Made by a program: the position numbers and the translations under genes
Shown here: piece after piece, positions 21,070-29,375 of the stretch
How positions within the stretch are numbered: position 1 is the stretch's first letter
Layout of the letters: every line of letters begins with the position of its first letter
From: Dehalococcoidia bacterium
GTDB taxonomy: Bacteria; Chloroflexota; Dehalococcoidia; GIF9; AB-539-J10
Direction of reading: 5' to 3'
DNA length: 64,000 nt
Assembly (NCBI GenBank): GCA_030612025.1
Contig: JAUWOR010000007.1
Span: forward strand, 32,332 to 96,331
The notes under the pieces: generated by a model
Database searches by the model: none
What the model was told of the DNA's origin: nothing
The model's input: only the letters and a program-made list of their open reading frames with translations

Positions 21070-21918
21070 ATGAAGAAATACACAATAGTAGATTTCAACA
21101 AAGATTTCCCCGATGATGACGCTTGCCTACAATGGCTAAAGAACTATCTTTATCCTAATGGTATCTTCTGCAAACAATGTGGAATGGTCACAACACACCA
21201 CAAAGTAGGTAAACGGCCGTGCTATGCCTGTGCCCGATGTGGTAGTCATGTTTACCCGATGGTAGGGACTATCTTTGAGAAATCCGTTACACCGCTCAAG
21301 CTCTGGTTCTATGCTATCTTCCTTATAAGTTCTACTCGCTGCGGTATATCAGCCAAGCAACTTCAACGAGAGTTAGGAGTTACTTACAAAACAGCTTGGC
21401 GTATATTCCATGCAATTCGCTCCCTACTACGAGAGGACACCAAGCCTATGTCCGGAGAAGTTGAAATAGACGAAACTTACATCGGTGGGAAAGCTCATGG
21501 CAAGCGTGGCTGTGGTGCCGGGAATAAGACCCTTGTATTCGGCATGGCACAACGACAGGGCGACCTGAAGGCCTTTGCAACTAGCAACGTCAAACACTCA
21601 ACTATCTATCCTATTATGAAGCAGCATATCTTACCCCAAAGTATGATTTACACCGATGAATTTACGACGTACGATAACCTAAACCAACAAGGTTATCATC
21701 ACAAACAGGTGCATCATGCCTCAAAAGTCTACGTTTCTGGCAATGCACACACCAATACAGTCGAAGGCTTTTGGAGTGTATTAAAGTGTGGTATTGATGG
21801 CGTGTATCATGCCGTAAGTGAGAAGCACTTACAAGGTTATATCAACGAGTATAGTTTCAGGTATAATCACAGGCAAGATGATAAGCCTATGTTTAAGACG
21901 GGTTTGGAGAAGATTTAG
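21070..21918 (+). CDS. IS1595 family (ISXO2-like) DDE transposase
   Basis: Zn ribbon CxxC..CxxC, HTH ISAKQLQRELGVTYKTAW, EIDETY, YTDE, HTNTVEG, FRYN. Confidence 0.95.
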   Translation: MKKYTIVDFNKDFPDDDACLQWLKNYLYPNGIFCKQCGMVTTHHKVGKRPCYACARCGSHVYPMVGTIFEKSVTPLKLWFYAIFLISSTRCGISAKQLQRELGVTYKTAWRIFHAIRSLLREDTKPMSGEVEIDETYIGGKAHGKRGCGAGNKTLVFGMAQRQGDLKAFATSNVKHSTIYPIMKQHILPQSMIYTDEFTTYDNLNQQGYHHKQVHHASKVYVSGNAHTNTVEGFWSVLKCGIDGVYHAVSEKHLQGYINEYSFRYNHRQDDKPMFKTGLEKI

Positions 21919-22009
21919 GCTTTTCTATTCGGCGACAAGCCTTCTTTAGGGCGAAGCTAAAGCTCTTCTTTGTAGTAGAGATTTGCTTTATGTCTATCGG
22001 TTTTGTCAT
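21893..22009 (-). CDS. 38-aa antisense microprotein overlapping the transposase 3' end
   Basis: MTKPIDIKQISTTKKSFSFALKKACRRIEKPKSSPNPS; ATGA overlap with toxin stop; same-length homolog at 48534-48650. Confidence 0.6.
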   Translation of the reverse strand: MTKPIDIKQISTTKKSFSFALKKACRRIEKPKSSPNPS

Positions 22010-22383
22010 GGCTCTATAATACGCAACCTGTCATCGAGTCCTAGGCTTATTTGTAGAGCTTTATCGACTTCGTCCATTTTCTCTTTACTCAGTTCACCAC
22101 ACTTATCACCCAGTCGTGACTTTTCTATCGTCATTATTGTTGCCAAATTAATATTACAACCCTTCGGTAACCCACTCTCCTGAGCCGTTACAGGCACAAG
22201 GAAAGGAAATGGCTTCTCTGGGGCAGTACTACAACTAGCAACAATTGTTGTTGGGCTGACTTCATTTCCAATATCATTTTGAATTATTAAGGCTGGTCTT
22301 GTGCCTATTATTTCAGTACCCCTACCAGGACTCCAATCTACCCAATATAATTCCCCACGCCTACACTTAATCGCCATTGCCAC
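22006..22383 (-). CDS. mazF: PemK/MazF family toxin
   Basis: RGELYWVD..PGRG.E..G.RPALIIQND.GN, MDEVDKALQISLGL. Confidence 0.92.
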   Translation of the reverse strand: MAMAIKCRRGELYWVDWSPGRGTEIIGTRPALIIQNDIGNEVSPTTIVASCSTAPEKPFPFLVPVTAQESGLPKGCNINLATIMTIEKSRLGDKCGELSKEKMDEVDKALQISLGLDDRLRIIEP

Positions 22384-22384
22384 A

Positions 22385-22630
22385 TTATTTCCACTCAGGC
22401 AAGACCTCGTGTGCTATTTCCATAGCTTCTCTCGCAACTTGCAGGTTTCCCTCTGCCATGACTCTATAACCCTCTACCATCTCCTCACGTAAACGCTTAT
22501 CTGCAAACTCCTGCAAACACGTAGAAAACACTTTGCTACGACTTACATTCCACTCGTTTGCAATTTCATCGATCAATGCGATTAAGTCACGAGGCACACT
22601 AATAGTCAACTTCGCCACCTTCACAGTCAT
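22385..22630 (-). CDS. Ribbon-helix-helix antitoxin (MazE/NdoAI-like)
   Basis: KLTISVPRDL..LID......VSRS; EMVEGYRVMA. Confidence 0.88.
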   Translation of the reverse strand: MTVKVAKLTISVPRDLIALIDEIANEWNVSRSKVFSTCLQEFADKRLREEMVEGYRVMAEGNLQVAREAMEIAHEVLPEWK

Positions 22631-22807
22631 AACTTTCCTCCTTACATTATGTTATGATATATTTGGAGTAAAAATATAACTTAACAAAAATTATTTGTCA
22701 ACTTGCGTTGATGGGATAATCACGTAAAATTATTAAAGAGGGAAAGGGAACAAGACCGCCAGTTTTCATATTTTCAGAATTAATCGAAATCGTTGGGTAA
22801 AGAATTT

Positions 22808-23085
22808 GTGCGTGTCATAAATGGCGTGCAACCCCAATAGTGCGCCACAAAATAGAAATTATGGCGTGCAAGCAATTTAGTGGGACATAGATGGCTCGCA
22901 AATCGATTTTTTGTCCAATATCCCTAGAAAAATGACTTGTGGGCGATATTGTGCATCATAATCGGCAATTTTTGGCACACAAAAAGATTTGTGTGCCATT
23001 TTGGAATGCAAAGACGATTAGTGTGCCACAATTCTTGATTTATGGCACACAAGAAGGTTTGTGGGACATAAATGAGACACAAAAG
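22808..23085. repeat. Degenerate array of alternating TGTGCCA / TGGCACA-like motifs, 30/40-bp spacing
   Basis: About 8 forward and 8 reverse motifs; ~181-bp internal duplication. Confidence 0.7.
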
Positions 23086-23170
23086 GCAGTTTGAGACTGC
23101 AATGCAACGATATTCGGCAGAAATAAAGAGAGGGTAGTCAGGTCTGGCACTACCTCAGCTAAAGCGCTGC

Positions 23171-23445
23171 ACTCAGAAAATCGCCTGCTTGATGAAAACT
23201 ATAGTCAATCACAAAATTCCTTATAATCCTCCCTCCCCTAGCGGGAGGGAGTTAGAGGGAGGGGGAAATTCACCCTCACCTAACCTCTCTTGTAAGGAAG
23301 AAAAATTCATTACATGAGAGGTATTTTTTCACGATACTATGCGGAAGACTATAAGAATTTATGTAACATGCGCCCGGTTATATCACCAGGGCGAGTAACT
23401 TTGCTCCGACGGTCTCTTCCTCGTGAAGAGGCCGTTTTCTTTTTT
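23171..23445 (+). repeat. ~270-bp direct repeat, copy 2, ending in hairpin plus T-tract
   Basis: Near-identical to 20659-20931; cggtctcttc-ctcgt-gaagaggccg then ttttcttttt. Confidence 0.9.
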
Positions 23446-23551
23446 CTATGATTCTCAACGCATAAAGTATATCTTCAAATGGCGCTAAGGCATATTAGGC
23501 CGATGAAGTTTAAGGAGAGCCTAAAGATTTATCGAAGGCTCTGAGCTCTAC

Positions 23552-25003
23552 CTAAAACCTAGTTTTTCGCCGCACCTGAAACGTGAATGAAAGAAGTTTC
23601 TCGAGAAAGTCATTTACCGCCTTCGACTTGTCATTATAGGCTATCGTCTCTTTACCAATCATGAGGGTAGCATAAGCGAGTTTTGCCTCTTCTGACCCTG
23701 CCATTTCCCGCTTGTAGTCAGGGTTGACTTTATTAACTTGGACAACGCCGCTCAGGAAACGACTATGATGCGAAGGGCCATCCTCGAAAGGCACCTCCGC
23801 AAAAGCAATTCGCATACCACCCGGGCGTGAAGTGTCACCAGGCTTAGTTGACCGAGTTCCTGTCTCCCTTCCCTTGTGGGTTCCCGTATGTTGACTGATA
23901 GGTGCCTTTTGCCTTCGTAGTCCACCAAGAAGCTCTAAACCTTTGAAATCTCCTTGATTAAGGATTTCCCTCGCAAGCTCAATCGCCCTCCGTTGAATCT
24001 GTGTAAGCTTTTTCTCCTCCGCTTCCAGCCTTAATTCGTCTACCTCATCCTCAATCGAAGGGCGGAGCTTGTCAAGTTCTAACAAAAATTGGATCCAGTC
24101 CTGATTTTCTTCAAAACCAGTCCTTGCAGGAAGTGGCTTAAGAAAGTCAGCATCAATATAACCCTTGAGAAATCCGCTTGCATAAACGCTTTCCTCAAGA
24201 CCGTAGGCTTGAATCGCCTTCACATCATCAACTACAGGAATCCCAGTGTGCCGAATGGAAACTTTGCTTTTCCCGGAAGCATCAAACCAAAATTGACAAT
24301 TAAAAACCTTTTGCCAGTCGCTTGAAAAATGCACTTCTCTAAACGCTTCCCCAACACCGGGGAGACTTATTTCTAATGGTTCCACCTTATAAATCTTGCC
24401 AGCGCAAGTTATCGTGATTTTTAAATTCCCTTCCCTTAGGTAAGCATCAAACTTTTCAGCGAACACATGCTGTAGTCGTTCCGCTCCTAAGGGGCCACGC
24501 AACCTTGTAGGGTCATGCTGTAACCCAGCGATAACGATAGTCATCCCGGGTTCCTTGCGAGATTCTCTTTTAGTCGCTGTTTCTATCTCAGCATCGTCAG
24601 ACTGCTTTCTAAGAACAACCTTAATAGTGGGCATGCCTTTTGCTTTCTTGCTATAAAAAGTGCAACTTGTTCCAACCTGGTTGAAGGCAAAAATCCCAAT
24701 GCCTAATTCTCCAATTTGAGGTATAGTTAATCCCGGCTTTACTGAATCAGCAACTTTATCAAGTGCTGCCTCAAATTCCTTCTGGGCCATTCCCGGGGAA
24801 TTATAGTCAATAGTTATCTTTCCCTTCTCAAGAAGGTAACCTACCTCGCAGGGTCCTTCCATTTCTCCTTTATCTCTAGCCTTTCGCCATTCATCCACAG
24901 CATTGCTAATATATTCTTTGATAGCATCAGCAGGGTTACGATAAAGGCTTCCAATATAGGTGAGAAGGTTAGCCATGTTTCCTCGGATTTTCTTCTTTGC
25001 CAT
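23552..25003 (-). CDS. GHKL (Hsp90/MORC-like) ATPase
   Basis: LYRNPADAIKEYISNAVD, IGELGIG, GxIDADFL, coiled coil, VNKVNPDY. Confidence 0.8.
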   Translation of the reverse strand: MAKKKIRGNMANLLTYIGSLYRNPADAIKEYISNAVDEWRKARDKGEMEGPCEVGYLLEKGKITIDYNSPGMAQKEFEAALDKVADSVKPGLTIPQIGELGIGIFAFNQVGTSCTFYSKKAKGMPTIKVVLRKQSDDAEIETATKRESRKEPGMTIVIAGLQHDPTRLRGPLGAERLQHVFAEKFDAYLREGNLKITITCAGKIYKVEPLEISLPGVGEAFREVHFSSDWQKVFNCQFWFDASGKSKVSIRHTGIPVVDDVKAIQAYGLEESVYASGFLKGYIDADFLKPLPARTGFEENQDWIQFLLELDKLRPSIEDEVDELRLEAEEKKLTQIQRRAIELAREILNQGDFKGLELLGGLRRQKAPISQHTGTHKGRETGTRSTKPGDTSRPGGMRIAFAEVPFEDGPSHHSRFLSGVVQVNKVNPDYKREMAGSEEAKLAYATLMIGKETIAYNDKSKAVNDFLEKLLSFTFQVRRKTRF

Positions 25004-25009
25004 TTCTCT

Positions 25010-25462
25010 TTACCTCCCTTTGAAGGATTGAAATTGGATTGTGGTGAGGGCGAGCCACCTTATAAATTTATCCTCCTCACTCATCATAGCAAGGAGACTA
25101 GAAATATAGCCTATATCAGATGCATCAAGTTCTTTGCGAAATACCTCTCTTGCATCAGGGTTATTGTCTCGAAACCACCGTAGTTCGTCTTCAAGTAGAA
25201 GTAAAAGATATTTAATTTTTTCTGTTCTGTGCCTTGCCTCTTCAATCTGGCGATAAACCTCGGGCCTTTCTTTGCTTTCTAGGAAAGTTCTAATCTTAGT
25301 CAAATTAGCTTCAGAGGGTTTCCTGGCACCTTTACCATGTTGAAACCACTTCTTAATAGTGCTATAGGGAATCCCAAGCGTGTTAGCGAGCTCTTTTCTT
25401 GGAATACCAAGCCTCTTAGCATAAGTATCCAATCCCAAAAGCACTGTTTCTATTGTTTCCAT
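25010..25462 (-). CDS. Xre-type HTH protein with helical C-terminal domain
   Basis: RKELANTLGIPYSTIKKW...KPS; its 3' end holds the GGAGG RBS of the ATPase. Confidence 0.8.
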   Translation of the reverse strand: METIETVLLGLDTYAKRLGIPRKELANTLGIPYSTIKKWFQHGKGARKPSEANLTKIRTFLESKERPEVYRQIEEARHRTEKIKYLLLLLEDELRWFRDNNPDAREVFRKELDASDIGYISSLLAMMSEEDKFIRWLALTTIQFQSFKGR

Positions 25463-25518
25463 CGTTTATCCTTCGTAGTTCCTCATTCGCCCGCTCCAAA
25501 TCCGCTAGTTGGGCTATC

Positions 25519-25737
25519 TCATCCTTGCTTCTCAAGGCCCTTGGCTATCGCCTCATATTCAAAAGGAAATTTATTCCTGAACCATGCCCTATATACCCAT
25601 TTATGGCATTCACAAGCATTGATCTTGGCTATTCCATCAGATTTAAGTTCTGGATTACAAAATGGGCAAATCCTGTTATCTGTAATTTTCAGTTCGCTTC
25701 TATGTAATGCTTTTTTGATCCAACCAGCTTCTGACAT
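25519..25737 (-). CDS. Small Cys-containing hypothetical protein
   Basis: ORF track; CPFC..CECH. Confidence 0.4.
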   Translation of the reverse strand: MSEAGWIKKALHRSELKITDNRICPFCNPELKSDGIAKINACECHKWVYRAWFRNKFPFEYEAIAKGLEKQG

Positions 25738-25740
25738 TTT

Positions 25741-25936
25741 TAGCTTCCATCACAAGGTGCAGTTGTCCAAGTAATCGTAATTGTAACACTTGCAGAGGAA
25801 TTATTCGCTTCACTCAGATTGCTAGTTACTCATTATCAGGAATACTGGTATCAGTAGCAGAAGCACTGCTATCAGAGATACCTAAGCAAACTGCTATCAA
25901 CACCAGAGTAACTAAGACAATCAACTTTTCCATCAT
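25741..25936 (-). pseudogene. Small secreted-peptide gene, apparently disrupted
   Basis: MMEKLIVLVTLVLIAVCLGISDSSAS..* then NNSSASVTITITWTT; internally deleted second copy at ~27876-27920. Confidence 0.4.
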
Positions 25937-25969
25937 TCCTACTTAGTCTGGCTCCTGTTCACTCAATTT

Positions 25970-26332
25970 CTAGCTATCCTGCTGCCTAGTATTTAAGGTA
26001 TTGGCTTTAGCATTTTTGCCTGTGTGGGCTTTCTCTTTCCTGAGCTTCCGCCACGTTAGCGAACAATATACTACAAGGCTGAAGCCAAGTGCTATGAAAA
26101 AATATGCGTCGAACCATCGCCAATGAGGACTTGCTTGCATTGTAACGAGAATACTAATGCCCAGAAAGCAAATTGCACCCCCTACACCTAGACCACTCAT
26201 AATAGCGGTCTGCTTATGTTGTGTTTTAGCTTCCTCCCTCATAGATTGAATCTTATTTTGAATATCAGCTAATGTAACGTTATCATTATTTTGCTCCCCT
26301 GACATGTCTTTCTCCTTTGTCGTATCAATCAT
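25970..26332 (-). CDS. Hypothetical two-TM membrane protein
   Basis: Two hydrophobic segments; likely start MSGEQ after GGAG. Confidence 0.65.
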   Translation of the reverse strand: MIDTTKEKDMSGEQNNDNVTLADIQNKIQSMREEAKTQHKQTAIMSGLGVGGAICFLGISILVTMQASPHWRWFDAYFFIALGFSLVVYCSLTWRKLRKEKAHTGKNAKANTLNTRQQDS

Positions 26333-26529
26333 TTTAGCCGAATTATACCCTCAACAAACCTCAAATAGAAGAGCCGTTAAGTTTGGGGATAGATAGTTTG
26401 AGGCTTTACTGTGGGCTTAAGGTTTCACCTTCAAGGGATAGCCCATAATCCTAGAGTTTTCAACCATATCAGGAGGTCAAGATTAGTCTGAGGTCATTTC
26501 GTGGCATTTACCCTGTGCAGTAAGAAATG

Positions 26530-26979
26530 CTATGTTTCCCTATTCCTCTTTTTCGTCTCAACAGAGATGTCTACGGGTATATCAGAAACGCCTTCCCAGG
26601 CATTCTTTTCTTCATTCCAAATTTGGGTACGAAAGCTATACATCCCCGATTCACTAACCGGGAAGTTCGCCACATTCCTTTTTGTTCGTAATCGCTTATG
26701 TTTGGAAAGGTCGATAGGATATTCGTTCTCAACTACGACTTTCCCAGTAGGACTTAAGATGGTATCTTTACCACGACTATGGCCGGGGTACTCAATTGGT
26801 TCCCGTTGCCACGTGGTTACCCATGCGATCTTCACAGGAAACGGAATCATAGGCTCTTCTATGTTGCTTTCCGACGTCGTTATGCGCACTTCCTCAAGAA
26901 CGTCAAACAAACTTACGTTATTTGATTCTTTATCTATGACAGCACGTAAACATATGACTGTCCAAATATGCCGAATCAT
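26530..26979 (-). CDS. DUF6941-like all-beta protein, third gene of the TA operon
   Basis: W..IC..A.ID..SNNVSL..V, G.Y.F pattern; GGAGG RBS inside the antitoxin 3' end. Confidence 0.65.
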   Translation of the reverse strand: MIRHIWTVICLRAVIDKESNNVSLFDVLEEVRITTSESNIEEPMIPFPVKIAWVTTWQREPIEYPGHSRGKDTILSPTGKVVVENEYPIDLSKHKRLRTKRNVANFPVSESGMYSFRTQIWNEEKNAWEGVSDIPVDISVETKKRNRET

Positions 26980-26985
26980 TTATTA

Positions 26986-27408
26986 TCATGCCTCCACGGG
27001 AGTAAAATCCCGAACACTATTTTCTGAACTAGATACAACGACTTCGCTCTTTTCACCAGCCCATCTATAGTCCAGTATATCAGCCTCTTCTAATTTGCGA
27101 CTCTCTACACTAGGTTGGGGACTGGATATTAAGGGAACTGCCTTTGTTGAAAGACGTAGCCCTAGGATCGCTAAGATTTTCCCAATCCTTCCGATTGTAG
27201 GATTTGCGTCTCCTGCTTCTAGCTTGGCTATGTATGATTGGCTTGTCCCTAAAGAGCTTGCCAAGTCTGTCTGAGTACAACTGGCGATGCGACGTGCTCT
27301 AGCCAAAGTTAAAGCAAACTCACTTTTTGCGGCAGCAGCACCAAACTCTTGAGCGAATTCCAAATCTGCGAGTTCTCTCTCTAAATCTTCCTTGAATGTT
27401 CTGTTCAT
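26986..27408 (-). CDS. HigA-like Xre-HTH antitoxin with ~45-aa C-terminal extension
   Basis: TQTDLA..LGTSQSYIAKLEAGDANPTI. Confidence 0.88.
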   Translation of the reverse strand: MNRTFKEDLERELADLEFAQEFGAAAAKSEFALTLARARRIASCTQTDLASSLGTSQSYIAKLEAGDANPTIGRIGKILAILGLRLSTKAVPLISSPQPSVESRKLEEADILDYRWAGEKSEVVVSSSENSVRDFTPVEA

Positions 27409-27417
27409 AAGCCCTCC

Positions 27418-27756
27418 TTATTTGTTTGAGCGATATTCATTCAATAGGTCACGGGCTTCGTTAATCTGTCCAGCCTCGCGCCTCCTCTTTTTTAAGAAGC
27501 CATTCAACAAGACAAATTTATTGTCTTGTTTGTCGTAATACACAATAACCCTACATTGGCCCCCTACTAATTCATATAGGTGACCCTCCCCGATAACCGA
27601 CTTTAGCATGTTTGTACCAAGAAGCTCCAAACCATATTCTCCAAGCTTCTGTATCTTAGCCATAATGACAGCCCTTGACCTCTTCTCCAATTTATCAATC
27701 CAATCAACTATAGGTTTGTCACCATTAGGCCTTGTATAATAATCAACTTGGTACAC
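27418..27756 (-). CDS. RelE/HigB (Gp49-like) toxin
   Basis: YY...G..PI..WI, LYEL, R.IVY, LLNGFLKK; toxin-first order; upstream TTGACA-17-TATATT with an imperfect palindrome. Confidence 0.88.
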   Translation of the reverse strand: MYQVDYYTRPNGDKPIVDWIDKLEKRSRAVIMAKIQKLGEYGLELLGTNMLKSVIGEGHLYELVGGQCRVIVYYDKQDNKFVLLNGFLKKRRREAGQINEARDLLNEYRSNK

Positions 27757-28118
27757 GTCTAATATAACCCCTTAGGTGATATTTGTCAATACCAGCCTCC
27801 TTTCATGGCGGCCGTGGGTCCCACAGTCTTGGGACTCAATTAACTGAACTACTGCTCAGGCAAAGACAGAGTTCACCAAGTAATCGTAATTGTAGCACTT
27901 GCTGAGGAATCAGAGATACACTAGGTCGGTAAGGTTTGAGGATAAGTTAAGGCTTTGTCGTAGGCTTGAGGCTCTGTCTACAGATGGCGAAAAAGACTAA
28001 ATCAGATCTGAAGGGTGTTGGAGCATGGAGGAGTAACTTTTGAGAACGGATTTGGCTCTTGGTGGCAAACACAACAGTACGCTATATTGCGCAATTGAAA
28101 AGGATTAACAAACCCAAG

Positions 28119-29207
28119 TCAGTTACTTAAAGTACTATTACTAAGTTGTGCCAACTTGAGTTTATAGATAAAACCCACATATTTTCTTAGAATACTTACA
28201 TCGTTGTTGAGTAAATCCAAATTACTTTCTAAATCTGCAACTAAAGTGTCTATTCCCTCATCAAATTTTCGCAATGAATTCGAAACTTGCTGAGTATAAT
28301 GAATGAGCCCTACGCAAAAATCGTTGATTCCCTTCAACTTTTTTTCGTTGCTTCTTATCACTTCTGTGAATTTGTCGGTATAATCTAGCTGATGGAATAG
28401 GACAATTTTAGGGATGTCTTCTTTTCTAATTGCTTTGTTCTGGTTTTTGTCAAGATATTCAACAAACTTCTTGAATCGAAAAAGTTCTTTTTTGTAAGAA
28501 CAGAGTTGCTTTCTATAGGTAGTTAGTTTTTTAAGAAGCTTTTTCTTTAAATTAATATTTCTCTTCTGAATTCCACTTATTTTATTAGAAGCAAAGTAAA
28601 ATTGTTTATCTGATAAATACCCATAAGTTGTTGTGGATGTTTGTGTTAAGATAACATAGTTTTTTGTTTCCTCAACTTTGCGGCCAATCTCCATGACTTT
28701 CGAAAAGCCTAAAATCATAGCTGTAAGGTCAGTGTAGACCTCGTTATCCTTTTCTTTATGCCACAAGGAATGCAAAAGGATATGAGAAAGTTCGTGCGCC
28801 ATAATAGCCATAAATGTTTCAGGGTGTTCTAGGCAATTATCGCTGATCTTTACGGCTATCGGGAAATTTTTTAACTCTGATGTGCCATATAAGGGGAGAT
28901 AACTTGGAATAGAGACTTGAGCAGTAATGCTCTCTATCCCTCGGCCAGCATGGTCTGTCTTGGCTAAATCAGTACTCTCAAATCTATTACTGTAACTTCG
29001 TGGCTCATATTTTGCCGGCACATAGGAAAGATTGATTGCAATGGGTAAGCCCAAATAATTTGCGATGTTTCTTATACATCCCTTTATATTTCCTGCGCGG
29101 AAGGGTTTATGTAGTATCTCCCTGGGAATCTCTTCTTTGACTCCCAGTAGGTTAACTAACTCATCTATTGCATTATTAATGTATTTGTTGGCTATACTAT
29201 TACCCAT
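28119..29207 (-). CDS. HExxH metallopeptidase-like domain plus coiled coil
   Basis: MAHELSHILL..E...D..A...GF...YGYL; AT-rich. Confidence 0.7.
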   Translation of the reverse strand: MGNSIANKYINNAIDELVNLLGVKEEIPREILHKPFRAGNIKGCIRNIANYLGLPIAINLSYVPAKYEPRSYSNRFESTDLAKTDHAGRGIESITAQVSIPSYLPLYGTSELKNFPIAVKISDNCLEHPETFMAIMAHELSHILLHSLWHKEKDNEVYTDLTAMILGFSKVMEIGRKVEETKNYVILTQTSTTTYGYLSDKQFYFASNKISGIQKRNINLKKKLLKKLTTYRKQLCSYKKELFRFKKFVEYLDKNQNKAIRKEDIPKIVLFHQLDYTDKFTEVIRSNEKKLKGINDFCVGLIHYTQQVSNSLRKFDEGIDTLVADLESNLDLLNNDVSILRKYVGFIYKLKLAQLSNSTLSN

Positions 29208-29375
29208 AATTATTATCTTAGGTCAATTACTGTACTGAATTGGTATTATCTGATACATCTACACTGGTATTCACCTCATCATCGGCAATACTTGATAAGA
29301 GGAAGCCTGCTAACATTATTAAGCAACCAAATTAAGCGACCAAAACAATCAGGCTTTTCATTATCTCCGTCTACG

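Larger units (their letters stand above)
21023..22724 (+). mobile_element. IS1595-family cargo transposon carrying a MazEF-like TA
   Basis: TIRs CGTGATTATCCC..CAAGT / ACTTG..GGGATAATCACG; flanks TAAACTTA / TAAAATTA (8 bp, 1 mismatch). Confidence 0.9.

Noticed and set aside
22808-23085. CRISPR array
   Set aside because: Motifs are short, degenerate and alternate in orientation; no identical 25-40 bp repeats and no cas genes
25741-25936. Selenocysteine or pyrrolysine read-through in broken ORFs (also 35879, 58620)
   Set aside because: Breaks are TAA stops or frameshifts, not in-frame TGA/TAG with a recoding hairpin
26501-27070. 189-aa plus-strand ORF and other antisense ORFs overlapping called genes
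   Set aside because: Shadow frames of better-supported genes with no motifs or RBS
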